In this document: positions 1 to 9,294 of the stretch, in pieces
How the letters are laid out: the number at the start of each line of letters is the position of its first letter
How positions within the stretch are numbered: position 1 is the first letter of the stretch
Assembly (NCBI GenBank): GCA_009377505.1
Contig: WHTX01000003.1
Span: forward strand, 1-48,899
Direction of reading: 5' to 3'
From: Acidimicrobiia bacterium
Lineage (GTDB): Bacteria > Actinomycetota > Acidimicrobiia > Acidimicrobiales > CAIXPF01
Length of the DNA: 48,899 nt
Position numbers and translations under genes: made by a program
The notes under the pieces: model-generated
Seen by the model: only the letters and a program-made list of their open reading frames with translations
Database searches by the model: none
Told to the model about the DNA's origin: nothing

Positions 1-2
1 GC

Positions 3-89
3 AGCGTCTGCGACGTGCTCGGCGCGGCCACGACCCCCGACGCGCCCGGCGGCCAACTCGTCCTCCAACTGCTTCGCTCCGGCTGCTGA
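3..89 (+). CDS. 3' end of an unidentified gene running in from the left edge (…SVCDVLGAATTPDAPGGQLVLQLLRSGC*)
   Basis: Open frame with GC-rich third positions ending at TGA 87-89; too short to identify. Confidence 0.35.
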   Translation, partial: SVCDVLGAATTPDAPGGQLVLQLLRSGC

Positions 90-257
90 CCCGCGTCCGA
101 GCGGCGGAGAGCGGGCGAGCACCGCGCCGGCCGGGCCGGCCGCGCCTCCGGGTGCGCCTGATGCCGGTGACCGGGCTCGAGCGCACCCGAACCTGGTGAG
201 CCGGCGGGCCAGCACCGCCTGCTGCACCCAGCTCACCGTCGGCGGGGCGATGCCAGG

Positions 258-1472
258 TCAGCGGTCGTCACGCGCCACGATCACGCCGGCGGACTCCAGT
301 CGGTCGAGATCGTCGGGGGTGAGGCCGAGCACGTCGGTGAGGACGGCTCGGTTGTCGGCCCCCAGGTGGCCGACACCGCCCCGAGGCCCGCAGTCCGCGT
401 CGCTGATCCGCAGCGGCGAGCGGTGCACCACCACCTTGCCGCCATCGCCGGCGGGGACCTCGACGTAGGCGCCACGGTCCACGGCCCAGTCGACCTCCAA
501 CGTGTCGGCCATGGTCGCCAGGCGGCCGATCGGGAGCCGGGCCCCGTCCGACATCGTCGACTCGAAGGCGTCGAAGCTGGTGAAGGTGGCGGCGAACTCG
601 CCGATGAGGGCAATGCAGTCGTCGAGGTGCGCCGAGCGGTCCTCCATGGTGGCGAAGCGCGGCTCGTCGAGCAGCTCGGGCCGCCCCCACAGCCGGGCGC
701 AGGCGACGAGCGCGGCGGCGGGGCTGCCGGGAACGGCGACCCATGTGCCGGCCACGTCGCCGAGCTGGACGACCGCGGCCTTGCCCGGCCGGAACGGGCT
801 ACGGGCGTAGTCCGGCCCGCCGTTCGCCTCCACCGCACTCCACTCGTTCGCCGCCAGCATGGCCTCGCACATCGAGGCGTCGACGTGGGCGCCCTGACCG
901 GTCCGCTCCCGGCGGAACAGGGCGGCGAGCACGCCCTGGGCCGCGGCCATGCCCGCGGCGATGTCGGCGTGGGACACCGGTTCGGGCACCGGCTCGCGCT
1001 CGGTCTCGCGGGCTTTGTACTGCAACAGCCCCACCTCGGCGTGCACCACCGGCGCGTACGCCCGGCGCTGGGCGGCACGGCCGTCCTGGCCGTAGCCCGA
1101 CACCGAGCAGTACACGGTGGACGGGCGGCGAGCCCGGACCTGGTCGTACCCGATGCCGAGGCGCGCCGCGACCCCGGGCCGGAAGTTCTCCACGACGACG
1201 TCGCACCGCTCGGCCAGGCGCAGCACCAGGTCCACGCCCGCGGCCTGGCGCAGGTCGACGGCCACGAAACGCTTGCCGGCGTTCTGGCCGGCGAAGATCA
1301 CCGAGACCCCGCCCCGCCGGGGCCAGCCCGTGCGCAGGAGGTCACCCTCGGGCGGCTCCACCTTGACCACCTCGGCGCCGAGGTCGGCCAGCACCCGGGT
1401 GCACGAGGGGCCCGCGACCACGCGAGTGAAGTCGAGGACGCGGATGCCGTCGAGGATCCCACGGCCGATCAT
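258..1472 (-). CDS. Family III CoA-transferase (CaiB/BaiF), 404 aa
   Basis: LDGIRVLDFTRVVAGP…LADLGAEVVKVEPPEGD, VVENFRPG, SGYGQDG, SHADIAAG (catalytic Asp region). Start placed at ATG 1472 within the longer ORF. Confidence 0.93.
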   Translation of the reverse strand: MIGRGILDGIRVLDFTRVVAGPSCTRVLADLGAEVVKVEPPEGDLLRTGWPRRGGVSVIFAGQNAGKRFVAVDLRQAAGVDLVLRLAERCDVVVENFRPGVAARLGIGYDQVRARRPSTVYCSVSGYGQDGRAAQRRAYAPVVHAEVGLLQYKARETEREPVPEPVSHADIAAGMAAAQGVLAALFRRERTGQGAHVDASMCEAMLAANEWSAVEANGGPDYARSPFRPGKAAVVQLGDVAGTWVAVPGSPAAALVACARLWGRPELLDEPRFATMEDRSAHLDDCIALIGEFAATFTSFDAFESTMSDGARLPIGRLATMADTLEVDWAVDRGAYVEVPAGDGGKVVVHRSPLRISDADCGPRGGVGHLGADNRAVLTDVLGLTPDDLDRLESAGVIVARDDR

Positions 1473-1583
1473 CCCGCCAGCTTGGCCGAGCGCGACGAAT
1501 CGTGCACCGAGGTGGGAGGCTCGGTGGATCGAGAGCGAAGCCGTTGACAGGCGAGCCCTCAGACGAGGGCGGAGGCAACAGCG

Positions 1584-2203
1584 ATGGGCGTGAGATGGGA
1601 GCGCTTCTCGGGTGACACCGCCACGTTCGCCGTCAAGGTCGCGTTCCACGATGATCCAGACGGCGGCCGCGGCGCCGACGCCGACGCGGCGGCGTCTTTG
1701 GGGGGCGCTCCAGCTGTGGGTCGACGGCGTGAACCTCTGCAGCCACGTCGACCAGGGCGAGGCGCTCCAGGCGTCGCACTGGTACCTGCTGCCGGTGCTC
1801 GAATGGCTCGCCGAGAACTGGAGCCCATTGCTCCACGAAGAGCGCCTGCCGTCGGCCTCGAACAGCCCGAGCCAAGGCCCTGGGCCGCCGGCGTGCATTC
1901 GACGCCACCTTCGCTGCTCCCCCAGAGGATGGGCTCGTCCTCGGCGGATCGCGCGAGGCGGCGCTCCTCTTCGGCTCGGCGAGTCCTGCCATCGAGGACC
2001 ACGACGCCATGGTGCTGGCTCAGTCGAAGGCGATCGCCGAAGCCAATCGCCTCGAGTCGGTCGAGGCGGCGATCGCCGTGGCCGGACAGCTCGGGGTCAG
2101 CGTGTCGGCCCTGCTCGACCACGCCTCGAACGTCGACCTGATCGACGAAGCGGTTCGGGACGACCTGCGGGCGGCGTTCGAGCTACGGCGCGACCCGGGC
2201 TGA
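1584..2203 (+). pseudogene. Frameshifted, internally deleted relic of an ImmA/IrrE-family (DUF955) metallopeptidase
   Basis: Three reading frames join into MGVRWERFSGDTATFAVKVAFHDDPD…ASWGALQLWVDGVNLCSHVDQGE…HWYLLPVLEWLAENWSPLLHEERLP / …GLVLGGSREAALLFGSASPAIEDHDAMVLAQ / …AGQLGVSVSALLDHASNVDLIDEAVRD. These match my recollection of the N-terminal, middle and C-terminal parts of long ImmA/IrrE proteins. No HExxH motif remains. Confidence 0.65.
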
Positions 2204-2235
2204 CCGCCGCGTCGCACCCCGGTACGATCGGCGGC

Positions 2236-2793
2236 ATGGCGCTGGTCGAGACCTGGCGTTGGGACGAGGGGTCCTTCATCCGGGCATGGGAGGGCGACGT
2301 GTTCGGCGACGATCGCGTGGAGCTCGTCGACGGGGAGGTCTGGCCCGTGGCGATCGGCGCTTGGCACGGCTCGGTGGCCGCCAACGTGGTGCGCGCCCTT
2401 CCGAACGGCACGTGGCGTGTCACCTCGGCCTCGTTGCCCGCTGCAGGGTCGATCCCCGACAATGACGTATGGGTGCAGCGTCGGGACGCCCAGCCCATCG
2501 CCCGTCTTGGCGCGACCGGCCGGATGCTGCGATGGAGCCCGGCCGATGTGCCCCTCGTGGTCGAGGTATCGGAGTCGAGCCTGGTGGCCGACACCGAGGT
2601 GAAGACCAAGGTCTACGGCCGGGCCGGGTTCCCGTGCTACTGGGTCGTCCATCGCGGCGGCGTCGAGGTGTTCACCGACCCCTACGAGTCGGGGTACCGG
2701 TCGCACCAGCACGTCGGCCCCGACGCCGCCGTCGAGGTCCCGTACGCACAGGTCGCCATCCCGCTCGCCGTGCTGCTCGACGCTGACAGCTGA
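2236..2793 (+). CDS. Uma2 family (DUF820) PD-(D/E)xK endonuclease
   Basis: RVELVDGEV, H(G)S, IPDND, LVVEVSESSLVADTEVKTKVYGRAGFPCYWVV; TACGAT -10 at 2223-2228 just before ATG. Confidence 0.9.
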   Translation: MALVETWRWDEGSFIRAWEGDVFGDDRVELVDGEVWPVAIGAWHGSVAANVVRALPNGTWRVTSASLPAAGSIPDNDVWVQRRDAQPIARLGATGRMLRWSPADVPLVVEVSESSLVADTEVKTKVYGRAGFPCYWVVHRGGVEVFTDPYESGYRSHQHVGPDAAVEVPYAQVAIPLAVLLDADS

Positions 2794-2838
2794 CACGCGC
2801 CGACCAAGGGCAGCGTGCCCTCTGCGACGCGTCCCCGC

Positions 2839-5800
2839 CTAGCCGGGCGTTCGGTCGATGGTGAAGCTGACGGAGCTCCCGTCGATGAGGCCGATGTGGG
2901 CCTGCCCGTGCTCGGCCAGGGCCACGCCCGCCGGGGCGAGCACGGCCTCGGCGATGGTGCGCTCGTGGGCGCGGAACGCCGCCGCCAGCTCGTCAGGCGC
3001 GTGGACGGTGAGGGCGATGCGGTCCGTCACCTGGAAGCCCGCTTCCTTGCGGGCCTGCTGCACGAGGCGTACCAGGTCGCGCGCCTGGCCCTCGCGGCGC
3101 AGCTCGGGGGTGACCACGAGGTCGAGGTTCACGACCGTGTCGTTGCCCCGCAACGCGGCCGTGGCCTCGCCCTCCCCCACCTCGACGACCAGCTCGAACT
3201 CGTCCGCGCCCAGGGTGTGGCCGGCGACGGCGACGGTCCCGGACGTGCCCGCTTCCTCGGTGCCGAGCTCCCAGTCCCCCGCCGCGGCCGCCTTGCGCAC
3301 CCTCTGGAAGTCGGGGCCGAGCTTGGGGCCGAGCACCCGCCCGTGCGGCTGCACGCGGAAGGTGGCGATGCTGGCGGCGTCACCGAGGAGCTCGACCGAC
3401 TTCACGTTGAGCTCGTCGGTGATGAGGTCGACGAAGGGCGCCACCGCGGCCGCCGCCGGGCCGGCCACGGTGAGCCGGCCCAGGGGCAGGCGCACCCGCA
3501 GGCCGTTCGCCTCGCGCAGGGACAGCGCCGCCGAGCACACCTCCCGCACCCGGTCCATGGCGCTCACCAGGTCGGGGTCGGCCGGCAGCGTGTCCGGCGC
3601 CGGCCAGTCGGCCACGTGCACCGAGCGGTCGGCGCCCGTCTGGCCTTCGGGTGCCGTGAGCCCCTCGTACACCTCCTCGCTCAGGTAGGGGAGCAGCGGG
3701 GCCGTCACCCGGGTCAGGGCGTGCAACACCGTGTAGAGCGTGTCGTAGGCGGCGAGCTTGTCGTCGCTCTGGGGCCCGGTCCCTGCCGAGCCCGGCGCCC
3801 AGAAGCGGTCCCTCGACCGCCGCACGTACCAGTTCGTGAGCGCGTCGAGGAACGCGGTGACGTGCGCGCACGCCGCGGCCAGCTCGTAGGCGTCGAGTGC
3901 GGCGGTGACGTCCTCCACCAGCTGGCGCGTCTTGGCCAGGATGTAGCGGTCGAGCAGCTGGGTGCTGTCCGTCCGCCAATGCCCGCGGTAACCGTCCACG
4001 TTGGCGTAGAGGGCGAGGAAGTGCCACGTGTTCCAGATGGGGTTGAGCACCAGGCGGACGATGTCCTGGAAACCGCTGCCCTCCCGGTCGATGCGTAGGT
4101 CGCCCCCGCGCAGGATCGGGCTCGACATGAGGAACCAGCGCAGCGCGTCCGACCCGATGGACTCGAAGACGTCCTCGGGGTCGGGGTAGTTGCGGAGCCG
4201 CTTGGACTGCTTGCGCCCGTCCTCGTCGAGCACGACGCCGTGGCAGATGCAGTTCTGGAACGCCGGCCTGTCGAACAACGCCACCGACAGCACGTGCATC
4301 GTGTAGAACCAGCCGCGCGTCTGGGCGATGTACTCGACGATGAAGTCGGCCGTGTGGGCGTCGACCCATGCCTTGTTCTCGAAGGGGTAGTGCGCCTGGG
4401 CGAAGGGCATCGAGCCCGACTCGAACCAGCAGTCGAGGACCTCGGGCACGCGCCGCATCGTCGACTTCCCGGTGGGGTCGTCGGGGTTGGGGCGGGTGAG
4501 CTGGTCGACGAAGGGCCGGTGCAGGTCGGTGACCTCGACCCCGAAGTCCGCCTCCAGCTCGGCGATGGACCCGTACACGTCGATGCGCGGGTAGGCGGGG
4601 TCGTCCGAGCGCCACACGGGGATGGGCGCGCCCCAGAAGCGGTTGCGGGAGATCGACCAGTCCCGCGCCCCTTCGAGCCAGCGCCCGAAGGCGCCGTCGC
4701 GCACGTGCCCCGGGATCCAGTTGATCTGTTGGTTGAGCTCGACCATCCGGTCCCGGAACGCCGTGACCTGCACGTACCAGGAGGACAGGGCCTTGTAGAT
4801 GATCGGCGTGTCCGTGCGCCAGCAGTGGGGGTAGTTGTGGGTGTAGGTGTCGTGGCGGACGAGCGCACCGCGGTCGCGCAGCCAGCGGATGACGTCCGAG
4901 TTGGCGTCGAAGACGTTGCGGCCGGCGAAGTCAACGACCTCCTCCGTGAAGCGGCCCTCGTCGTCGACGGGCACCACCAACGAGATCCCGTTGGCCCCAC
5001 AGACCCGCTGGTCGTCCTCGCCGAAGCCGGGCGCCATGTGGACGACGCCGGTCCCTTCGGCCACGTCGATGAAGTCGCCGGCGAGCACCCGGAAGCTGTC
5101 CGGGTTGTCGGCGAAGTAGGGGAAGAGCGGCTGGTACGTGCGTTCCAGCAGCTCGGAGCCCTTGATCGTGCCGTGGCGGACGAGGTCGCGCACCTGGGGC
5201 TCGTAGCGCTCGAGCGTGCCCTCGCCGACGACGTAGTAGGTGCCCTCGCGGCCTTCGGCGGTGCCGTCGCCGCCCTCGGCGAGCCCCGCCGGGTGATCTG
5301 GCCGGGCATGGCCGGCGCTGGCGGGCTCGAAGAAGACGGCGTAGTCGAGGTCGACCCCGACGGCGAGGGCGAGGTTGGAGGGCAGCGTCCACGGCGTGGT
5401 CGTCCACACCAGGACCTTCATGGGCCCGGGGTCGCCGGGGCGGGGGTCGAGGGTGAAGGCCACCGTGATGGCCGGGTCCTGACGCGGCCGGGTGGCGTCG
5501 TCGAGACGGATCTCGAAGTTCGAGAGCGGCGTCTCCGCCCCCCACGAGTAGGGCATGACCCGGAACGCCTCGTAGACGAGGCCTTTGTCCCACAGCTGCT
5601 TGAAGGCCCAGATGACGCTCTCCATGTAGGAGACGTCCATGGTCTTGTAGTCGTTCTCGAAGTCCACCCAGCGCGCCATGCGGGTGACATAGTCCTCCCA
5701 CTCCTTCGTGTAGCGGAGCACAGAGGTGCGGCAGTAGTCGTTGAACCGGCCCATGCCGTACTCGGTGATGGCCCGCCGGCCGGAGACGCCGAGCTCCTTC

Positions 5801-6159
5801 TCCGCCGCCATCTCCGCGGGCAGGCCGTGGCAGTCCCAGCCGAAGCGGCGCTCGACGCGGTGGCCCTTCATGGTCTGGTAGCGGGGGACGACGTCCTTGA
5901 CGTAGCTCGTGAGCAGGTGGCCGTAGTGGGGCAGGCCGTTGGCGAAGGGGGGGCCGTCGTAGAAGATGTACTGGTCGGCGGCTGGGCGGCGCTCGATGGA
6001 GGCCTCGAAGGTGCCGTCGCGCTGCCACTGCTCGAGCACCCGGCGTTCGATGGCCGGGTAGTCGGCGCGGACGGGCACGTCCGGGTAGGGCTTGCCAGCC
6101 CGGGGGCGGGTGCGCTCGTCGGGTGTGGCCCCAGGCCCGGGGCCGCTGGTGTCGCTCAT
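2839..6159 (-). CDS. ileS: Isoleucine--tRNA ligase, type 2 (IleRS2)
   Basis: YDGPPFANGLPHYGH, GWDCHGLP, WTTTPWTLPSN editing motif, DWSISRNRFWG, KQSKR in the KMSKS position; type-2 C-terminus (EGQARDLVRLVQQARK). Confidence 0.98.
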   Translation of the reverse strand: MSDTSGPGPGATPDERTRPRAGKPYPDVPVRADYPAIERRVLEQWQRDGTFEASIERRPAADQYIFYDGPPFANGLPHYGHLLTSYVKDVVPRYQTMKGHRVERRFGWDCHGLPAEMAAEKELGVSGRRAITEYGMGRFNDYCRTSVLRYTKEWEDYVTRMARWVDFENDYKTMDVSYMESVIWAFKQLWDKGLVYEAFRVMPYSWGAETPLSNFEIRLDDATRPRQDPAITVAFTLDPRPGDPGPMKVLVWTTTPWTLPSNLALAVGVDLDYAVFFEPASAGHARPDHPAGLAEGGDGTAEGREGTYYVVGEGTLERYEPQVRDLVRHGTIKGSELLERTYQPLFPYFADNPDSFRVLAGDFIDVAEGTGVVHMAPGFGEDDQRVCGANGISLVVPVDDEGRFTEEVVDFAGRNVFDANSDVIRWLRDRGALVRHDTYTHNYPHCWRTDTPIIYKALSSWYVQVTAFRDRMVELNQQINWIPGHVRDGAFGRWLEGARDWSISRNRFWGAPIPVWRSDDPAYPRIDVYGSIAELEADFGVEVTDLHRPFVDQLTRPNPDDPTGKSTMRRVPEVLDCWFESGSMPFAQAHYPFENKAWVDAHTADFIVEYIAQTRGWFYTMHVLSVALFDRPAFQNCICHGVVLDEDGRKQSKRLRNYPDPEDVFESIGSDALRWFLMSSPILRGGDLRIDREGSGFQDIVRLVLNPIWNTWHFLALYANVDGYRGHWRTDSTQLLDRYILAKTRQLVEDVTAALDAYELAAACAHVTAFLDALTNWYVRRSRDRFWAPGSAGTGPQSDDKLAAYDTLYTVLHALTRVTAPLLPYLSEEVYEGLTAPEGQTGADRSVHVADWPAPDTLPADPDLVSAMDRVREVCSAALSLREANGLRVRLPLGRLTVAGPAAAAVAPFVDLITDELNVKSVELLGDAASIATFRVQPHGRVLGPKLGPDFQRVRKAAAAGDWELGTEEAGTSGTVAVAGHTLGADEFELVVEVGEGEATAALRGNDTVVNLDLVVTPELRREGQARDLVRLVQQARKEAGFQVTDRIALTVHAPDELAAAFRAHERTIAEAVLAPAGVALAEHGQAHIGLIDGSSVSFTIDRTPG

Positions 6160-6512
6160 GGTCGACCGCTCGCTGGGGGTCGTGGATGGGGCCCGACCAG
6201 CCTAGCCGTGGGCACCAACCCGCCCGGGAGGACAATGGACTGGTGGGACGCGGGGGCGATAGACGTTGCCGTCGGGCCCAGCGGCTCTCGCCGGTCGATC
6301 TACGAGCCCGTTCGGCTGTCGTGGTACTGGTCCTGCACCACGCCCCCGTTCACCCAGCCATCCGGACTTGCCCCCCTGCTCTGCGGCGTCCCCCAGCCGC
6401 GCTCGGGATCGCCGCTGGTTGACAGCACGCGGCCCTCGCCGAGCGCAGGCCCACGTCGGCGCCGGCCCGGTCCGCCAAGGCCTCGGGCGCCACGAGGGGT
6501 AAGACTGGGGCC

Positions 6513-7730
6513 GTGCGCGTCGACTGCAACTTCTACGGCTCCGTCCCCATGCCCGACGCCGGGGCCGGAGACCCACGCCCCGTCGACCGCCGCTACGGCA
6601 ACCGGGACGTCCTCGCCTGCTACGCCAACCTCGAGCGCTGGGCGTCGACGATGGACGCGCTCGGCTACGACACGATGTGGCTGACCGAGCACCACTTCCA
6701 GTACGAGGGCTACGAGGTCACGCCGAACCTCGTGCAGTTCGGCCAGCACCTGGCCAGCCGCACGCCCCGCCTGCGCTTCGGCCAGATGTTCAACGTGGTG
6801 CCCCAGTGGCACCCCCTCCGCCTGGCCGAGGACGTGGCCCTGGCGCAGATCCTCACCGGTGACCGGATGGTCTTCGGCGTGGGCCGGGGCACCGTGCCCC
6901 GAGAGGCACAGTCCCTCGGCGCCATGGTGGCCTCGGGGGACAACGAGATGTCCCGTGAGATGGACCGCCAGAACCGGGAGATCTTCGAGGAGTCGATGGA
7001 GATCATCAAGGCCGCGTGGTGGAACGAGCGCTTCTCGTTCTCGGGCAAGCACTTCGTGCTGCCGCCGCCGGGAATCCCCGATAGGGGCAGCTTCGTCTCC
7101 GACCTCACGCTGGTCCCCAAGCCCATCGCCCCCATCCCGATCTACCAGCCCGTCGGCTCGCCCGACACGCTCGAGTACGCGCCCCGGGCCCGGCACCTCG
7201 GCGTCATCCCCGCGGCGCCGCCCGGCGTGGTGAAGCCCAAGTGGGACCGCTTCGCCGAGGCCGCCGCCGCGGTCGGCTGGGCCCTGTCCCCCGGAGGCGG
7301 CCGTTGCCTGGCGGTGAACTGCCACGTCGCCCGCACCACGGCCGAGGCACGGGCTGGGGCACAGGGACCACACGACGAGTGGGTGAAGTTCCTCGCCCAG
7401 TACGGCCGCTTCAGGAGCTACGCCACCCGAGACGGCGGCCCCACGCCGTTCGACTTCCGGCCCACCGTGGAGGACTCCGTCGACCAGGGCGTGATGCTGA
7501 TCGGGTCGGTGGAGGAGGTGGTGGACGGGCTCGGTCGCTGGCGCGACCTGCTCTCCCTCGGGCACGTCGTGCTGTTCTTCGACATGCCGGGGCTCACGCA
7601 GGCGCAGATGGACGAGCAACTCAGGCGCTTCGCCCAGGAGGTGGCCCCCCGGCTCGGCATCCGCATGGACGGGCCGCGCACCTACGCCGGTGCGGACGCG
7701 GCACACGTGCCGGACGTGCCCGTGAACTGA
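6513..7730 (+). CDS. LLM class flavin-dependent oxidoreductase
   Basis: GYDTMWLTEHHF, HPLRLAED, FGVGRG, GSVEEV, QLRRFAQEVAP. Confidence 0.92.
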   Translation: MRVDCNFYGSVPMPDAGAGDPRPVDRRYGNRDVLACYANLERWASTMDALGYDTMWLTEHHFQYEGYEVTPNLVQFGQHLASRTPRLRFGQMFNVVPQWHPLRLAEDVALAQILTGDRMVFGVGRGTVPREAQSLGAMVASGDNEMSREMDRQNREIFEESMEIIKAAWWNERFSFSGKHFVLPPPGIPDRGSFVSDLTLVPKPIAPIPIYQPVGSPDTLEYAPRARHLGVIPAAPPGVVKPKWDRFAEAAAAVGWALSPGGGRCLAVNCHVARTTAEARAGAQGPHDEWVKFLAQYGRFRSYATRDGGPTPFDFRPTVEDSVDQGVMLIGSVEEVVDGLGRWRDLLSLGHVVLFFDMPGLTQAQMDEQLRRFAQEVAPRLGIRMDGPRTYAGADAAHVPDVPVN

Positions 7731-7804
7731 TCTGGCGGGATCTTCGCGCCCGCTGGCGTTGCAGACTCTCGTGCGGTGCGGGCGCTCGATGCACCATCGG
7801 CGTC

Positions 7805-8227
7805 ATGAACGCAGCAGCCATCCCGACATCCCTGGTCACCGCGGTGCCGGCCGCCCCGTCCGCCGAGGTCATCGAGCACTTCGGCCGCCTCCTCAGCTTC
7901 GAGACCGACTGCTGGGACGTGCACCAGGAGCGGCGTGGGCGGGCGGAGTCGAGCGACGTGGTCGTGCTCGACGTGCGCGGGCCCGCCGGGTTCGCGTCGG
8001 GACACGTGCCCGGGGCGGTGAACCTGCCCCACCGGTCCATCGCCGCCGAGGCCGTGGCGCTGTGGCCGGCGCGCACCACCTTCGTCGTCTACTGCGCCGG
8101 CCCCCACTGCAACGCCGCCGACCAGGCAGCGCTGCGCCTCGCCCGGCTCGGCCGGCCCGTGAAGAAGATGCTCGGCGGCATCGAGGGCTGGAAGGCCGAA
8201 GGCTTCAGCCTCGAGACCAGCTCCTGA
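7805..8227 (+). CDS. Rhodanese-like domain protein
   Basis: FETDCWDV, VLDVRG…GHVPGAVNLP, VVYCAGPHCNAA, MLGGIEGW. Confidence 0.92.
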   Translation: MNAAAIPTSLVTAVPAAPSAEVIEHFGRLLSFETDCWDVHQERRGRAESSDVVVLDVRGPAGFASGHVPGAVNLPHRSIAAEAVALWPARTTFVVYCAGPHCNAADQAALRLARLGRPVKKMLGGIEGWKAEGFSLETSS

Positions 8228-8253
8228 GCGGCGCCATGGCCCTCGGCCACCCC

Positions 8254-8295
8254 CGAAGGTTCGTGCACAGTGGCGGTGCAAAGATCCTTCGCGGT
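8254..8295. repeat. REP-like imperfect palindrome (copy A; related to 16373-16415)
   Basis: CGAAGG…TGCAC-AGTGGCG-GTGCA…CCTTCG hairpin; its 3' half GTGGCGGTGCAAAGATCCTTCGCGGT nearly matches 16391-16415. Confidence 0.6.
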
Positions 8296-8372
8296 TCCCT
8301 GGCCGCGGCGACGCCGCCGCCGCCCGCCCACCGCTCACCGCCCAGACCGCCCCTCAGCCGGGAGGCGCGACG

Positions 8373-8401
8373 CCCCCGACCCCTTGGAACCACTCATCGA
8401 G
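8373..8401 (-). repeat. Conserved ~29-bp intergenic motif, copy 1
   Basis: Minus strand CTCGATGAGTGGTTCCAAGGGGTCGGGGG matches 23290-23318 and 44726-44753. Confidence 0.7.
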
Positions 8402-8472
8402 GAGCGCTTGCCGTTCATGAGGGCGGGAGCCCCATCGCGTCGCTGTCTTCACCGGCGCCCGCCGTCCCGGCC

Positions 8473-9288
8473 TCACCCGGCCGCAGCCACGAACTCCTCC
8501 ACCAGGGCGGCGAACGCCTCGGGCTGCTCGACGGGCACGAGGTGGCCCGAGTCGGCCACCACCGCCCGACGGAGGCCCACCACCTGTGCGGACATCTCGT
8601 CGAAGGAGGCCTCGTCGAGCACGGGCGACCCGGCCGCCCGCACCAGCAGCGTGGGCACGGCCAGCACCCGCCACGCGTCCCAGTGGTCCTCGGCCCGGAA
8701 CGGCCACTGCTCCTGGAAGCACGGATCGTGCTTGCGGACGAGCTGCCCCCTCGGCCCCGGCCGGGTCCCGAAAGCGGCCAAGGCCTCCACCATGGCGTCG
8801 GGGGCGTGGGGGTTGGCCTGGCGCTCCCACTCGCGCACCGCGGCGTGGCTGTCGAACTCGTAGGGCCGGGGCGGGACCTGGCCCGGAGGTGCCGAGGTGC
8901 TCGGGGCGACGTCGACGACCGTGAGCGAGCGGACGAGGTGGGGGAAGGCCGCCGCCAGGCGCAGCCCCACGAGCCCTCCCCACGACAGGCCGACCAGGTT
9001 CACCGGCCCCAGCGCCTCGGCCTCGAGGACTCCGAAGAGGTCCTCCGCCAGCTCGGTGGTCCCATAGGCGCCAGCGGCAGACCACTGGCTGTCGCCGTGG
9101 CCGCGCTGGTCGAGCGCCACCACCCGCGCCCGGCCCTCGAGCGCTTCCGCCACCCCGGCCCAGGTCCACGCGTGCCCGGTCACGCCGTGGAGGCACAACA
9201 GCACGGGCAGGCGTGGGCCCTCGCCGCCGAAGTCGAGGAGGTGGAGGCGCAGGTCGCGGACCTGCACGAAGCGGTGGGTGAGGGACAC
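8473..9288 (-). CDS. Alpha/beta fold hydrolase
   Basis: LHG, DQRGHGDS, nucleophile elbow GLSWGG, C-terminal SGHLV. Confidence 0.92.
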   Translation of the reverse strand: MSLTHRFVQVRDLRLHLLDFGGEGPRLPVLLCLHGVTGHAWTWAGVAEALEGRARVVALDQRGHGDSQWSAAGAYGTTELAEDLFGVLEAEALGPVNLVGLSWGGLVGLRLAAAFPHLVRSLTVVDVAPSTSAPPGQVPPRPYEFDSHAAVREWERQANPHAPDAMVEALAAFGTRPGPRGQLVRKHDPCFQEQWPFRAEDHWDAWRVLAVPTLLVRAAGSPVLDEASFDEMSAQVVGLRRAVVADSGHLVPVEQPEAFAALVEEFVAAAG

Positions 9289-9294
9289 CCCGCT

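Noticed and set aside
6160-6512. T-box upstream of ileS, or a small ORF from GGAGG-ATG at 6235 (MDWWDAG…)
   Set aside because: No T-box core sequence. The ORF runs into the LLM gene in another frame and has no recognisable motif, so I cannot support it.
4240-6684. Long antisense and alternative-frame ORFs (e.g. 4240-6684, 30167-32821, 34840-37188, 44941-47652)
   Set aside because: Shadow ORFs expected in very high-GC DNA, overlapping well-supported genes.
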